DNA of 64,000 nt from an uncultured Marinicella sp. (GCA_947502925.1 CANNBS010000002.1:25079-89078), one strand, 5' to 3'. Shown: positions 51,273 through 63,329, numbered from the stretch's first letter. Notes: generated from the sequence alone by a model not told the origin. Translations and numbers: made by a program.

Positions 51273-54200
51273 TTAGCGTGAAAGGTTAGCTCTGAGTATT
51301 TTACGGGCTTTGTCCGCAGAAATCCCGGCTCTTTGGGCATAATCCTGTGCCTGGTCATCATCAATTTTGCCCACCACAAAATACTGTGAATCAGGATGGG
51401 CGTAGTAAAAACCACTGACCGAAGAAGCCGGGTACATGGCATAACCTTCGGTTAATTTAATCTGGGTATGCTCACTGACGTCAAGTAAATCAAACAGCAG
51501 GTCTTTCTGCGGATGATTGGGGCAGGCAGGATAGCCTGGTGCCGGGCGAATACCGCGGTATTGTTCTTTAATCAGCGCTTCATTGTCTAAATCCTCATCA
51601 GCGGCATAACCCCAATAACGGGTACGAACCTGATGGTGCATATATTCGGCATAACTTTCCGCCAGGCGATCAGCCAGGGCTTTCAGTAAAATGGCTTTAT
51701 AGTCATCATTATCGGCCTTAAAGCGTTCGATGTGCGGTTCAATACCGACGCCGCCGGTCACTGCGAAAGCACCGATATAATCCTGTACGCCGCTGTCCTT
51801 AGGTGCGATAAAATCACTTAAACATAAATTGGCTTTGGGTTTATCGGCCTGTTGTCGCAAGTTTAACAATCGGTGGTTTTTATCCTGATATTCGATGATG
51901 ACATCATCACCATCACGGTACGCCGGGAAAAATCCAATCACAGCTTCTAAGGATAACCATTTGTGGTCAATGATTTTCTGCAACATATCTTGTGCGTCTC
52001 GGAACAATTCCCGGGCACTTTCACCCACCAGTTCATCCTCTAAAATGGCCGGATATTTACCGTGTAATTCCCAGGCCTGAAAAAACGGTGTCCAATCGAT
52101 AAAAGGTTTTAAATCTTCAATGGATGTGTCTTTAATGACTTTGATGCCGGTAAAATCAGGTTTCGGTGGCTGGTAAACAGACCAGTCAAGCTGTAAGGCA
52201 TTTTCACGAGCGGCTTGTAAGGAAATAATCTTTTTATGTTGATCCCGGTTTTTACGCCGTTCTCTGAGTTCTTCATATTGATTTTTAATGTCCTGACAAA
52301 AATCATTTCGGTCCTTTTCGGACAATAACTTTTGCACCACATTGACAGCGCGAGATGCATCTTTTACCCACACCGTGGTGTGTTCATAACCCGGTTCAAT
52401 TTTAATGGCGGTGTGTGTTCGTGAGGTTGTGGCACCGCCAATCATCAGAGGTAATTGAAGACCTCTTTCCTGCATCAGTTCAGCCACATAGCACATTTCA
52501 TCCAAAGAGGGCGTAATCAGGCCTGATAAGCCCACGATGTCAGCGTTTTGTTCTGTCGCGGTGTCGAGGATTTTCTGAGCCGGTACCATAACGCCTAAGT
52601 CAATGATCTCATAGTTATTGCAACCCAGAACAACACCCACAATATTTTTACCAATATCATGGACATCACCTTTCACGGTGGCCATCACCACTTTGCCTTT
52701 GGTTTGCTGGCGGCCTTTTTTGGCTTCAATAAAAGGCGTCAGATAAGCCACGGCTTTCTTCATCACCCGTGCTGATTTAACCACCTGGGGCAAAAACATT
52801 TTACCCGCACCGAACAAATCACCGACCACATTCATACCATCCATCAGCGGGCCTTCAATCACCTCAAGCGGTTCATCCAGTTCCTGTCTGGCTTGTTCGG
52901 CATCCTGTTCAATATAGTCGCTGATGCCATGCACCAGGGAATGACTGATGCGCTCATTAATCGGTAAATCACGCCAGGCATTTTTATCCGTGTCATCGGC
53001 TCGTTGCTGTTGCAATTCCTGTGCGAGCACCATGAGATCTTCGGTGGCATCGGGATCACGGTTAAATAATAAATCTTCAATTTTATCCCGAATATGGGTC
53101 GGAATTTCGTCATAAACAGTCAACTGACCCGCATTGACAATGCCCATGTCCATGCCGGCTTTGATGGCATGGTATAAAAACACCGAATGAATCGCTTCGC
53201 GCAGCGGATTATTGCCCCTAAATGAAAATGAAATATTGGACACACCGCCTGAGACATGTACATGCGGCAGGTTTTGTTTAATCCAGCGGGTGGCCTCGAT
53301 AAAATCCACGCCATAATTATTATGCTCGGCAATACCGGTGCCGATGGCAAAGATATTGGGATCAAAAATAATATCTTCCGGCGGGAAATTAACCTCTTGC
53401 GTCAGCAAATCATAACAACGCAGGCAGATATCATTGCGTCGCTGCAGATTATCGGCTTGACCTTGTTCATCAAACGCCATGACAATCACCGCTGCACCAT
53501 ATTTCATGGCCAGGCGGGCATGCTGTAAAAATTCATCTTCACCTTCTTTGAGGCTGATGGAGTTAATAATGCCTTTGCCCTGAATCAGTTGTAAGCCGGT
53601 TTCCAGCACACTCCATTTGGATGAATCAAGCATAATAGGGACTTTTGAAATGCTCGGTTCTGATGCGATGAGTTTTAAAAAAGTCGCCATCACCTCCTCA
53701 GAATCAAGTAATCCCTCATCCATATTAATGTCAATAATCTGGGCGCCGTTATCCACCTGTTGTTGCGCCACTTCCACCGCTTCGCTGAGCTTATCTTCTT
53801 TAATCAAACGCTTGAATTTAGCCGAGCCGGTGACATTGGTGCGTTCACCAACGTTGATAAAATTAATGTCCGGAGTGATGGTCAGTGGTTCTAATCCCGA
53901 TAAGCGACACAGTGGTTTAATGTCGGGCAGGGGACGGCCGTTATTTTTTAACGGCAACTTGGCCATGGCCGCAATGTGTTCCGGTGTGGTGCCACAACAG
54001 CCACCCATGATATTAATGTGTCGATGGCCAATCATGTCATTTAAAATCCCGGCCATGTGCTCAGGGCTCTGATCATATTCACCCAGTTCATTGGGTAAGC
54101 CTGCATTGGGGTGAACGCTGATATAGCATTCACAGATATCATTCAGTTCTTTAATGTAAGGGATTAAGTCATCGGCGCCCAGCGCACAATTTAAGCCGAT

Positions 54201-54920
54201 ACTGAATGGTTTGGCATGGCGAATGGCATGATAAAAAGCGGTCAGGGTTTGACCTGATAAGGTGCGACCACTGGCATCGACAATGGTGCCTGAAATCATG
54301 AGCGGCACATCCACCTGACGCTCATCTAAAATCGTCTGGATGGCGAACAGGCAGGCTTTGGCATTAAGGGTATCGAAAATGGTTTCCACCATCAGAATAT
54401 CCACACCGCCATCCAGCAGGCCATTGACCGCTTCGCTGTATGCTTCGGTTAATTCTTCGAAGCTGACGTTTCTATATTCTGGGCGGTTTATATCCGGAGA
54501 AATTGAGGCGGTACGGTTGGTTGGGCCAAGAACGCCGATAACCCATCGGGGTTTGTCCGCTGTGCTGTATTTTTGGCAGGCTTGTCGTGCCAATTCAGCG
54601 GCAGCTTTATTAATCGCATAGCTGTGTTGTTCTGTTTCGTAATCAGCCTGGGCAATGGAAGTGGCGTTAAACGTATTGGTCTCAATCAGGTCGCTTCCGG
54701 CAGCCAGGTTTTGTTCATGCAAGTCACGAATTAATTCACCCTGAGTCAGCGATAAAATATCGTTGTTGCCTTTTAAATCAGATGAATGGTCTTTGAACAT
54801 TTCACCGCGAAAATCTGCTTCATTGAGCCGTAAATTCTGAATCATGGTACCCATGGCGGAATCGAGCAGCAATATGCGCTCCTTAACGGCTTTATGAAGG
54901 GCTTTTCGTATACTATTCAT
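51273..54920 (-). CDS. metH: Cobalamin-dependent methionine synthase
   Basis: [44 protein letters not shown]. Confidence 0.98.
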   Translation of the reverse strand: MNSIRKALHKAVKERILLLDSAMGTMIQNLRLNEADFRGEMFKDHSSDLKGNNDILSLTQGELIRDLHEQNLAAGSDLIETNTFNATSIAQADYETEQHSYAINKAAAELARQACQKYSTADKPRWVIGVLGPTNRTASISPDINRPEYRNVSFEELTEAYSEAVNGLLDGGVDILMVETIFDTLNAKACLFAIQTILDERQVDVPLMISGTIVDASGRTLSGQTLTAFYHAIRHAKPFSIGLNCALGADDLIPYIKELNDICECYISVHPNAGLPNELGEYDQSPEHMAGILNDMIGHRHINIMGGCCGTTPEHIAAMAKLPLKNNGRPLPDIKPLCRLSGLEPLTITPDINFINVGERTNVTGSAKFKRLIKEDKLSEAVEVAQQQVDNGAQIIDINMDEGLLDSEEVMATFLKLIASEPSISKVPIMLDSSKWSVLETGLQLIQGKGIINSISLKEGEDEFLQHARLAMKYGAAVIVMAFDEQGQADNLQRRNDICLRCYDLLTQEVNFPPEDIIFDPNIFAIGTGIAEHNNYGVDFIEATRWIKQNLPHVHVSGGVSNISFSFRGNNPLREAIHSVFLYHAIKAGMDMGIVNAGQLTVYDEIPTHIRDKIEDLLFNRDPDATEDLMVLAQELQQQRADDTDKNAWRDLPINERISHSLVHGISDYIEQDAEQARQELDEPLEVIEGPLMDGMNVVGDLFGAGKMFLPQVVKSARVMKKAVAYLTPFIEAKKGRQQTKGKVVMATVKGDVHDIGKNIVGVVLGCNNYEIIDLGVMVPAQKILDTATEQNADIVGLSGLITPSLDEMCYVAELMQERGLQLPLMIGGATTSRTHTAIKIEPGYEHTTVWVKDASRAVNVVQKLLSEKDRNDFCQDIKNQYEELRERRKNRDQHKKIISLQAARENALQLDWSVYQPPKPDFTGIKVIKDTSIEDLKPFIDWTPFFQAWELHGKYPAILEDELVGESARELFRDAQDMLQKIIDHKWLSLEAVIGFFPAYRDGDDVIIEYQDKNHRLLNLRQQADKPKANLCLSDFIAPKDSGVQDYIGAFAVTGGVGIEPHIERFKADNDDYKAILLKALADRLAESYAEYMHHQVRTRYWGYAADEDLDNEALIKEQYRGIRPAPGYPACPNHPQKDLLFDLLDVSEHTQIKLTEGYAMYPASSVSGFYYAHPDSQYFVVGKIDDDQAQDYAQRAGISADKARKILRANLSR

Positions 54921-55837
54921 TTAACAGCCTCGGCTGTGATTATTTCAAAATGGGGTAAGCGCTGTTCCTGAGAGGTGACACGCGCTTGCGCTGATTGGCA
55001 ATTTTGTTGCATAAAATACGCTTCAATGGTGTCAGGTTTAAAGCCCATATGAATATGTCCATACTCTTTTTGCACATGACGATGGGCATGTTGGTTTAAG
55101 GTCGCCAGCATAATGCGACCACCGGGTTTAGTGACCCGAACGGCCTGGGCAATGGTTTTTTGCGGATCTTCGGCGTAAGTTAAAACCTGTAGCAATAAGA
55201 CACAGTCAAACTGATTATCGGTAAACGGTAAGTCATGCATGTCCGCTTCTGAAAACTGAACATTATCCAGGTGCTGTAAGCGATTTTTTGCGGCCTGCAT
55301 GGCTTTATGGTTATTATCAACACAGGTGTATTGTTGGCATTGGGGTGCCATCAGTTCAGCCAGAACTCCATCACCTGAACCAATGTCCAAAACCTTGTTG
55401 AGTTGAATAATTTGGGCGATTAAACGGGTGGTGGCTTCCCAGGTTCGACCCGGTGAATAATGTCGTTCCATATCTCCTGCGACACTGTCTACCCATTGGT
55501 TACTCTTGGCTTTGTTGTTTAATACCTGATCGAGCCGTTTAAAATCTTGCTTGATAATTGCATGGTTTTGATAATGGCTGTAAACCAATTCTAAAAATTC
55601 CGGGTACTTCTGCTCAAATGTACCGGAATTGATTCGATAGTAAGCAAATACACCCTGTTTCCGGACAATGACCAACTCATTTTGGCGCAAAAGGGATAAA
55701 TGGGTCGATACCCTGGGTTGAGGCATTTGCGTGATTTCAGCCATTTCAGCCACGGTTAATTCATTGTCTTGTAACAGTAACAGCAGTCGAATGCGTGAAT
55801 CATCTGCCAGAATTTTAAATAATTCATTGAGTTCCAT
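54917..55837 (-). CDS. ArsR HTH-SAM methyltransferase fusion regulator (SahR/SamR family)
   Basis: ArsR HTH ([10 protein letters not shown]), [18 protein letters not shown]; translationally coupled to metH. Confidence 0.85.
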   Translation of the reverse strand: MELNELFKILADDSRIRLLLLLQDNELTVAEMAEITQMPQPRVSTHLSLLRQNELVIVRKQGVFAYYRINSGTFEQKYPEFLELVYSHYQNHAIIKQDFKRLDQVLNNKAKSNQWVDSVAGDMERHYSPGRTWEATTRLIAQIIQLNKVLDIGSGDGVLAELMAPQCQQYTCVDNNHKAMQAAKNRLQHLDNVQFSEADMHDLPFTDNQFDCVLLLQVLTYAEDPQKTIAQAVRVTKPGGRIMLATLNQHAHRHVQKEYGHIHMGFKPDTIEAYFMQQNCQSAQARVTSQEQRLPHFEIITAEAVK

Positions 55838-55865
55838 ATATCTCTATATGCGAATAAAGGGATAT
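55838..55865. promoter_or_regulatory. Putative SahR/SamR autoregulatory operator
   Basis: ATATCTCTATAT-GCGA-ATAAAGGGATAT, 10/12 palindromic, immediately upstream of the start codon. Confidence 0.6.
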
Positions 55866-56113
55866 GATGGATTTTAGTGAGATTTGATTAAATTACAAGT
55901 TAATTTTAAGCTGAGCGCTTTTTAAGCAGTTGTTTAATTGAATGACGGTACATCAACTAAAACAGAAATAGCCCTTTTCATCCTACCTTTTCGTTACTTA
56001 AAAAGTTACAATTCGATTAGTTTTTTCAGTCCGTTAAAGGAACTGAATTTTTGAATATTTTAACCAATCGTGATGCCTTGATATTTAACAAGCGGTTCAC
56101 AGGATAGATAAGT

Positions 56114-59100
56114 ATGCACTCTTTATTGACTTCTGAGCATAAAAAATTCATCAAGAAATTTGCTGCCCATATTAAAAAAAATAAGTACCCTTACAGCCAA
56201 AGTGCTGAGCAGTTAGCTAAACAGCTATTTACCCACATGACCATGGATGAAGTGACCTCCCATGAGGTTGATTACTGGGTTGATGTGATGACACAAATGA
56301 TTGCCATTATGAGTGATTCAAGCTTAAAAAAACCGGTGATTAAGGTTACTCACCTGGCTGATGATCCGGCGGTTTCTCATTTGTTTTTAGTGAATGATAA
56401 CATTCCGTTTCTGGTGGATTCCGCCACCATGGCCTGTGCTGAATTTGGGCTTGAAGTTAAGTTAATATCGCATCCGATTATCCAAATTGAAGGGCATGAT
56501 AAGAATCGGGTGTTGATTGACAAACCGAAAAACAAGGACGTTCAGCTTAAGTCACTGATTTATATAGAAGTATCCAGAATGGATAATGAACAGGAACGGC
56601 AAGATTTACAGAATTATTTAAGCCGTGTCTTTGGTCAAATTCGTTATGCTGTGGCCGACTGGAAGCCCATGTTGGCGCAGTTAGAAACGGCACAATCAAA
56701 ACTTGGTGATTTGGGAGACAACAGCACCCGAAAATCTCAGCAAAAGTTTTTAAAGTGGCTGGCTGCTGATAACTTTACCTTTTTGGGGTATCGATATTAT
56801 CAAAAGCAAAAAGATTATTTAATGGCTGAAGAGGATTCCGGTTTGGGCTTGTTGCGTCAAGAACTGGAGGCCGATAACAATGACGCCAGTCAGATTAAAG
56901 TCAGTGACTATAAGGTCAAGAAGCAATCTGATTTAGTGGTATTAACTAAGGTCAATAAACTCTCTAAAATTCATCGTAAAGGTAACCTGGATTACATTGG
57001 TGTTCTGGAAACCAATGCAGATGGTGAGGTGGTGGCGGAACATCGATTTATTGGTTTATTCACTTCGCAGGCTACAAACACCAGTCCCGCTGAAATTCCT
57101 TACATCAAAACCAAAATCAAACAGCTTATTAAACAATTTGATTTTGAAGCCAACTCACATTCTGAAAAAATGCTGATCCACATTATCGACAGCTTCCCCA
57201 GAGATGAGGTGATGCAAAGCAACACAAAAGAATTATTTTACGCCATATATCAATCGTTGGCGATTCAGGAAAAGGTCACCACCCAGGTCATTGCCCGTGT
57301 CGATAAATTTGGCCGCTATGCGTCCTTTATGATTTATGTGCCGAGGGATCTGTTCAATACCAAAGTTCGCCATAAAATCCAAAAGCTTGTCAGCGAGGCC
57401 GTTGATGGCGTAGAGGTTGAATACGCTGTATCCATTGATGATTCTCATTATGCCCGATTGTATCTGGTTATTCGTGACGTTAAACAATTTGATAAGCCGC
57501 TTATTGCGCAGTTAAAGCAGGACATTATTGATGTGGTTAAAACCTGGGAAGACCGGTTACGCATGGTATTGATTGAACGCTTTGATGTGGAACAGGCCCA
57601 TGCATTAATGTCTAAATTCAAAGGTGCCTTTCCGGTGGCTTACACCGAAGATGTAAGTCCACGGGTGGCTTCTTATGATGTTGAGCATGCCAATAAATTA
57701 GAAGATGAGCAGGATTTACAGGTTAGCCTGTATATGCCCCGGGTTAAGCATCAGGGTGAATTTCGGTTTAAGGTGTTTCGTTTTAATAAAACCAAGCCCT
57801 TAAGCGAAGTCTTACCTGATCTAGAGAATTTAGGGCTACAAGTGGTCAGTGAGCGACCTTATGAATGGCGTTTAACCGATGGACGGGTCATATGGGTTCA
57901 GGATTTTGATTTGAATTTAGCCTCCGGTGCATCCTTGAAATTGGAGCTGGTAAGAGAGCGTTTTCACAGTACGTTTGCTAAAGTTTCTCGCAAAGAGTTA
58001 AGTTCTAATTTACTCAATAAACTGGTTATTCTCGGCGGTTTAAACTGGCGTCAGATTTACTTTTTGAATGGTCTGGTTAAATATTTATTACAGACCGGTT
58101 TACCGTACAGCCGTGACTACATCGTCAGAGCGTTGGTTAATCAGCCGCACATTAGTCGCTGGTTGGTGGAATTATTTACCATTCGCTTAAGCCCGGCGCT
58201 TGATCAGTTGGACGCTGCAGAAATTCGTGATTATTTCAAAGCCTTTAAGAAAAAGTTTTCAGATCAGCTGCATCATTTGAATATAGAACTGAACGACAAC
58301 CAGCAAAGTTGTGTGGATAGATATTTCCGCAGTCGAAAACTAGATCGTGAGAGTCTTGCTGACAAGGTGGAAAAGGCCATCAATGCTTTATTGGTGAGTG
58401 TGAAATCACAAGACGAAGACCGCATTATTCGCTATGTGATGGAAACCATCCGTGCAGTTCTGCGCACCAACTTCTTCCAAAAAGATGACAATGATCAGTT
58501 CAAACCGGCCATGAGCATAAAAATTAATTCATCGGCCATTTCATTTTTACCTAAACCGGTGCCGTATCGTGAAATATTTGTTTATTCACCGGATGTGGAG
58601 GCCATTCATTTGCGCATGGGTGAAGTGGCTCGGGGTGGTTTGCGTTGGTCAGATCGTTATGAGGATTTCAGAACTGAAGTCCTGGGCTTAACCAAAGCGC
58701 AACATGTTAAAAATTCAATTATTGTGCCGGTTGGCTCAAAAGGTGGTTTTGTGGTGAAACATTTGCCTCAGGGCGATCGTGACAGCGTGATGGCTGAAGT
58801 GAAACGTTGTTATCAGATTTTTATCGGTTCGATGCTGGATATCACCGATAACATTGTAAATGAAAAAATTGTTTACCCGGATAATGTGGTGCGTTATGAC
58901 GGAGATGATCCTTATTTAGTTGTGGCCGCCGATAAAGGCACCGCCACATTTTCGGATATCGCCAACAGCATATCCACAGAACGTGGATTCTGGCTCGGTG
59001 ATGCTTTTGCCTCAGGTGGTTCAGCCGGTTATGACCATAAAGGCATGGGCATTACCGCACGCGGTGCCTGGGAGTCAGTAAAACGCCATTTCAGAGAAAT

Positions 59101-61030
59101 GGGTGTGAACTGTCAAAAAGAAGATTTTTCTGTGGTGGGCATCGGTGATATGGGTGGTGATGTGTTCGGTAACGGTATGTTGTTATCAAAGCACATCTGT
59201 CTGAAAGCCGCTTTTAACCACATGCATATATTCCTCGATCCGAACCCTGATTCAGCAACGTCCTGGAAAGAACGTAAACGTTTATTTGAGATGCCACGTT
59301 CTTCCTGGGAGGATTATAATGATAAGTTGATTTCTACGGGTGGGGGTGTTTACTCGCGGTTTGATAAGGCCATTCCCTTATCGGAAGAAGTTAAAGACTG
59401 GCTGAAACTTAAACAAGATGAGATTGCGCCACAGGATTTAATTAAGAAACTGTTGCAGTCGGAGGTTGATTTAATCTGGAACGGTGGCATTGGCACATAC
59501 GTTAAAAGTAGTGAAGAAAGTCATGCTGAAGTGGGTGACAGCGCCAACAATATTTTACGTGTTGATGGTGGTGATTTGCGTTGCCGGGTCTTTGGAGAGG
59601 GCGGTAATCTGGGTATGACACAGCGTGGTCGCATTGAATACGCCAAAAACGGCGGCCGTGTTAATGCTGATTTTATTGACAACTCTGCCGGGGTTGATTG
59701 TTCAGACCATGAAGTAAACATTAAAATCCTGTTGCAACAAATCATGAAAGACGGTGACATGGATTTGCCGGCGCGTAATAAGCTGCTTAAAGAAATGACC
59801 GATGAAGTCAGTCGCCTGGTGTTAACCAATAACTATCGCCAAAATAAAATTTTATCTTTTATGTTGCATGTCAGTGCTGATCGCATCGGTGCCAAAGCCC
59901 ATTTAATCAATACCCTGGAAGATAAAGGCTTATTGGATCGTGAGATTGAATTTTTACCCTCTGAAGCTGAACTGAAAACACGTCATCAAAATGGTGAGGG
60001 TTTGTATAGTCCAGAATTGTGCGTGTTATTGTCTTATGCAAAAATTGATTTATATCAGCAGCTATTAGCTTCTGATATTCTGGATGATCCGTGGCTCAGG
60101 GATGTGATGGTTCATTACTTCCCGAAACAGTTACAAAAGATGGATCCCAGTTATATGGACAACCATCAGTTAAAACGTGAAATCATCGGTACGGTATTAA
60201 CCAGTCAAATCGTTGATAGAATGGGTGCCACTTTTATAATGCGCATGAATGAAGACACCGGTGGTGATGTCAGTGCCATTGCGCTGGCTTACTTTCTGGT
60301 GGTTGAATTGTTTGATTTAAATACGTTGTGGCAGGCCATCGATGACCATGATGGTCAGGTGGATGCCGATCTTCAGCTTAAATCATTAAAAGCCATTTGG
60401 TCTTTTGTTCGACAGGCTGTTAGGTGGGTTCTGAATAACATTGGTCACAGCATTGATTTACAGGCTCAGTTAGAGCAACTGCAAACAGGTGTTAATCAAT
60501 TTGTCGGTGATTTTGAGCAGCATATCACAGCAGCTGATGAGCAGGTTTTTCAACGTGAACAAAAATCTTTACACAATAAAGGCTTCAGTCAACCTATCGC
60601 CAAACGCTTAGCGGCCTTACCTTATATCAATGCCGCCTTAGATGTGGTGAAAGTCGCCAATGATGAGCAAGTATCGGTTAAAAGTGCCGCAGATATGTTT
60701 TTCCCATTGGGTCAGTATCTGAACCTGGTGTGGTTGCACAGTATGGTTGAGAAATTACCGGTGGACAGTCACTGGCATGTCCATGCCCGTGGTGATCTGC
60801 GTGATGATTTGAGTGAACACCATGCTGAATTGACAGCCGCTTTAATTCGTCGATATGGCACCAAGAAATCAGCCCAAACGGTGATGGACGAGTGGTTGCA
60901 TGATCAGCAAAAAATGGTCAATAACATGAAACAACTGATGACCAACATTAAAAGTGAAAAACAAGCCGACTATGCCACGGTGATGGTGGCCGTGAATTCA
61001 CTGAGTAATCTGGTATCGGCCACCCGTTAA
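56114..61030 (+). CDS. gdhB: Large NAD-specific glutamate dehydrogenase
   Basis: ARGGLRWSDR, KAQHVKNSIIVPVGSKGGF, VVAADKGTATFSD, GIGDMGGDVFGNG; 1638 aa. Confidence 0.96.
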   Translation: MHSLLTSEHKKFIKKFAAHIKKNKYPYSQSAEQLAKQLFTHMTMDEVTSHEVDYWVDVMTQMIAIMSDSSLKKPVIKVTHLADDPAVSHLFLVNDNIPFLVDSATMACAEFGLEVKLISHPIIQIEGHDKNRVLIDKPKNKDVQLKSLIYIEVSRMDNEQERQDLQNYLSRVFGQIRYAVADWKPMLAQLETAQSKLGDLGDNSTRKSQQKFLKWLAADNFTFLGYRYYQKQKDYLMAEEDSGLGLLRQELEADNNDASQIKVSDYKVKKQSDLVVLTKVNKLSKIHRKGNLDYIGVLETNADGEVVAEHRFIGLFTSQATNTSPAEIPYIKTKIKQLIKQFDFEANSHSEKMLIHIIDSFPRDEVMQSNTKELFYAIYQSLAIQEKVTTQVIARVDKFGRYASFMIYVPRDLFNTKVRHKIQKLVSEAVDGVEVEYAVSIDDSHYARLYLVIRDVKQFDKPLIAQLKQDIIDVVKTWEDRLRMVLIERFDVEQAHALMSKFKGAFPVAYTEDVSPRVASYDVEHANKLEDEQDLQVSLYMPRVKHQGEFRFKVFRFNKTKPLSEVLPDLENLGLQVVSERPYEWRLTDGRVIWVQDFDLNLASGASLKLELVRERFHSTFAKVSRKELSSNLLNKLVILGGLNWRQIYFLNGLVKYLLQTGLPYSRDYIVRALVNQPHISRWLVELFTIRLSPALDQLDAAEIRDYFKAFKKKFSDQLHHLNIELNDNQQSCVDRYFRSRKLDRESLADKVEKAINALLVSVKSQDEDRIIRYVMETIRAVLRTNFFQKDDNDQFKPAMSIKINSSAISFLPKPVPYREIFVYSPDVEAIHLRMGEVARGGLRWSDRYEDFRTEVLGLTKAQHVKNSIIVPVGSKGGFVVKHLPQGDRDSVMAEVKRCYQIFIGSMLDITDNIVNEKIVYPDNVVRYDGDDPYLVVAADKGTATFSDIANSISTERGFWLGDAFASGGSAGYDHKGMGITARGAWESVKRHFREMGVNCQKEDFSVVGIGDMGGDVFGNGMLLSKHICLKAAFNHMHIFLDPNPDSATSWKERKRLFEMPRSSWEDYNDKLISTGGGVYSRFDKAIPLSEEVKDWLKLKQDEIAPQDLIKKLLQSEVDLIWNGGIGTYVKSSEESHAEVGDSANNILRVDGGDLRCRVFGEGGNLGMTQRGRIEYAKNGGRVNADFIDNSAGVDCSDHEVNIKILLQQIMKDGDMDLPARNKLLKEMTDEVSRLVLTNNYRQNKILSFMLHVSADRIGAKAHLINTLEDKGLLDREIEFLPSEAELKTRHQNGEGLYSPELCVLLSYAKIDLYQQLLASDILDDPWLRDVMVHYFPKQLQKMDPSYMDNHQLKREIIGTVLTSQIVDRMGATFIMRMNEDTGGDVSAIALAYFLVVELFDLNTLWQAIDDHDGQVDADLQLKSLKAIWSFVRQAVRWVLNNIGHSIDLQAQLEQLQTGVNQFVGDFEQHITAADEQVFQREQKSLHNKGFSQPIAKRLAALPYINAALDVVKVANDEQVSVKSAADMFFPLGQYLNLVWLHSMVEKLPVDSHWHVHARGDLRDDLSEHHAELTAALIRRYGTKKSAQTVMDEWLHDQQKMVNNMKQLMTNIKSEKQADYATVMVAVNSLSNLVSATR

Positions 61031-61047
61031 ACGGGTTCTGCACCTAC

Positions 61048-61087
61048 AAAAAAAGCAGCTGGTTATATGCCAAGCTGCTTTTTTTTT
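61048..61087. terminator. Bidirectional terminator after gdhB
   Basis: A7-GCAGCT...AGCTGC-T9. Confidence 0.85.
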
Positions 61088-61101
61088 ACTTTGCCGTATT
61101 T

Positions 61102-61911
61102 TTAATCTGAACTGCGTTTGCGGTATTTTTTGATGTTGCTCTGAAACAACGCACGAATGAGTTTATCCGGAAACAAGCGCGTCATCAATGCAATCAACTG
61201 ATTGCGCCAGCCATTAATTTTAACCGGTTTATTAAGAACCAGGGCCTGTAAGCTTTGTGAAACCACTTCATCGGCAGTCATCCACAGTGACTTAGACAGC
61301 GCATTCATGCGACTACGGGTGCCATTGACATCATGAAATTCGGTGTAGGTAAACCCCGGACAAACGGCCGTCACATGAACGCCAAATTCCTTGGCTTCTA
61401 AATGTAAAGAATGGGCAAATTTAATGACAAATGATTTCATTGGGCCGTACAAGGTGTGGCCGGCTGTTGGTGGCGCTAAACCGGCCAGTGAAGCCACTTG
61501 TAAAATACCACCTGAACCGGCTTTTTTCATGGCCGGATAGAATAAATAAGTTAGTTTGACCAGATTGTTGAGCATCACATTCAATTGTGCGCGATGGACA
61601 TCCCAGTCCACCTGATCAAAATCGCCGGGTACACCATAACCGGCATTATTAATCAGTGTATTAACGATCCAGTGATTGTCCTGACAGTGTTTGTAAATTA
61701 AATCTGGTGCCTCGTCTTTTGATAAATCAGCCACGATAAATTGCACCTGAATATCATGTTGTGCCATCAATTCTTCAGCAATTTTTTGTAAGCGGTCAGA
61801 CCGTCTCGCCACCAGGATTAAATTAGTTTTTTGAGCGGCTAACTGTTCTGCAAAGGCCAAACCCAAACCGGCGGATGCGCCGGTTATTAAGGCGTACTGG
61901 TTGTCAGGCAT
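61102..61911 (-). CDS. Short-chain dehydrogenase/reductase
   Basis: ITGASAGLG, INNAGYG, YGPMK (YxxxK). Confidence 0.92.
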   Translation of the reverse strand: MPDNQYALITGASAGLGLAFAEQLAAQKTNLILVARRSDRLQKIAEELMAQHDIQVQFIVADLSKDEAPDLIYKHCQDNHWIVNTLINNAGYGVPGDFDQVDWDVHRAQLNVMLNNLVKLTYLFYPAMKKAGSGGILQVASLAGLAPPTAGHTLYGPMKSFVIKFAHSLHLEAKEFGVHVTAVCPGFTYTEFHDVNGTRSRMNALSKSLWMTADEVVSQSLQALVLNKPVKINGWRNQLIALMTRLFPDKLIRALFQSNIKKYRKRSSD

Positions 61912-61917
61912 ACCGGA

Positions 61918-62274
61918 TTACTTAAGGTCTAAAACCGGTAAGCGATTGTCTTTTAAGGTGGCGTAATAATAAGCCAGGTTTTGAATGTCTTCATCCGTTA
62001 AGGTGGCCGCAAAACCGGCCATGACCGCATTACTGCGTTTTCCCGAGCGGTAGTCCTTTAGAGATTTGATTAAATAGTCAACATATTGACCGGCCAGGTT
62101 AGGGTAGGTGGGAATAATACCCACACCATCCAAGCCATGGCATGAAGCACAGACCTGTTCGGCTTTTTTCTTACCGGCCTCTTTATCAAAAGCCAGAGAA
62201 GATGTACTAACCAGTAGGGTCAGGATGAAAAGTGTTGCTGAAAATAGTTTCGATGAGTTTAAATGTGTTTTCAT
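61918..62274 (-). CDS. Monoheme cytochrome c (c4/c553-like)
   Basis: Signal peptide, CASCH, PNLAGQ, RSNAVM. Confidence 0.9.
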   Translation of the reverse strand: MKTHLNSSKLFSATLFILTLLVSTSSLAFDKEAGKKKAEQVCASCHGLDGVGIIPTYPNLAGQYVDYLIKSLKDYRSGKRSNAVMAGFAATLTDEDIQNLAYYYATLKDNRLPVLDLK

Positions 62275-62606
62275 TGTTGATCCTTTTTGTCCTGGCCAAG
62301 TTGTGAAAAATAAGCCGCGATATCGCTGATATCCTGATCACTTAAGCTGCCGGCTTGCGCTTGCATGGTGCCGTGCTGTCGGGCACCGTCACGGTAATCT
62401 TTCAACGCGGTTTCTAAATAGGCTGCATTTTGACCGCCAATTTTCGGAACATGATAATTTGGATATGAATTTTTGTATTTTGGAATGCCATGGCAACCGG
62501 TACAGGTATAAGATATTTGTTCGCCGCGATTTGCATCACCCTCAGCCATTAAAGAGCCGAAAGAGAACAACAAGCATACCAATAAAATTTTTTGCATGAT
62601 TAACAT
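62271..62606 (-). CDS. Monoheme cytochrome c (c4-like)
   Basis: Signal peptide, CTGCHG, VPKIGGQ, HGTMQAQ. Confidence 0.9.
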   Translation of the reverse strand: MLIMQKILLVCLLFSFGSLMAEGDANRGEQISYTCTGCHGIPKYKNSYPNYHVPKIGGQNAAYLETALKDYRDGARQHGTMQAQAGSLSDQDISDIAAYFSQLGQDKKDQQ

Positions 62607-62855
62607 CGAAAAATAAAAAGGACATTATAAGCAGGAATGGCAAGTGACTCAAGAACTCTCAGTTGTTTAAAGCCATTTTTCCAGAAGTTTTGTCTTTAAA
62701 ATAATAACGTTTCATTAACGTTCTGTTAATTTTAGTTGGTTATAATGCACGCATGGAATAAATCGCACAAATAACATTATTTTTAGTGGTTGTTTGGGCT
62801 TGAATTTTGAACGCTAAATAACCATATTCTATTTACTTTTTTAAAAGGTTTTATT

Positions 62856-63308
62856 ATGAAAAAATTTATCACTTTAACAACATTACTTCTTTCATTGGGT
62901 TTGGTTTCTGCCGTTAACGCTAAAACCTGTGAGCTGGAAATTGACAGTAACGACCAAATGCAATTTAATAAGTCAGAAATGACGGTTGCTGCTGACTGTA
63001 CTGAAGTTAAGCTGACCTTAACCCATTCAGGCACCATGGCTAAAAATGTTATGGGTCATAACTGGGTTCTGACGCAAACTGACGACATGCAATCTGTTGC
63101 GACAGCCGGTATGTCTACAGGCTTGGAAAATCATTACCTGCCTGAAGATCAGTCAAAAGTCATTGCTGCCACGGATATTATTGGTGGTGGTGAAAGCACT
63201 TCAATCACATTTGATGTGTCAGAATTATCAAAAGACGTTGATTACTCTTTCTTCTGCAGCTTCCCGGGTCATTGGGGCGTGATGAAAGGTAAATTTATCA
63301 TCGAATAA
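62856..63308 (+). CDS. azu: Azurin
   Basis: Signal peptide, DQMQF, MGHNWVL, FFCSFPGHWGVMKG type-1 Cu ligands. Confidence 0.95.
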   Translation: MKKFITLTTLLLSLGLVSAVNAKTCELEIDSNDQMQFNKSEMTVAADCTEVKLTLTHSGTMAKNVMGHNWVLTQTDDMQSVATAGMSTGLENHYLPEDQSKVIAATDIIGGGESTSITFDVSELSKDVDYSFFCSFPGHWGVMKGKFIIE

Positions 63309-63329
63309 GGTTTAATTTTATAAACCATT

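Noticed and set aside
55860-56113. Possible SAM or cobalamin riboswitch upstream of the metH unit or gdhB
   Set aside because: No recognisable conserved riboswitch core sequences.
61918-62606. Tandem monoheme cytochromes as a novel split c4
   Set aside because: Tandem c4-like monoheme pairs are common in related bacteria; no unusual feature seen.
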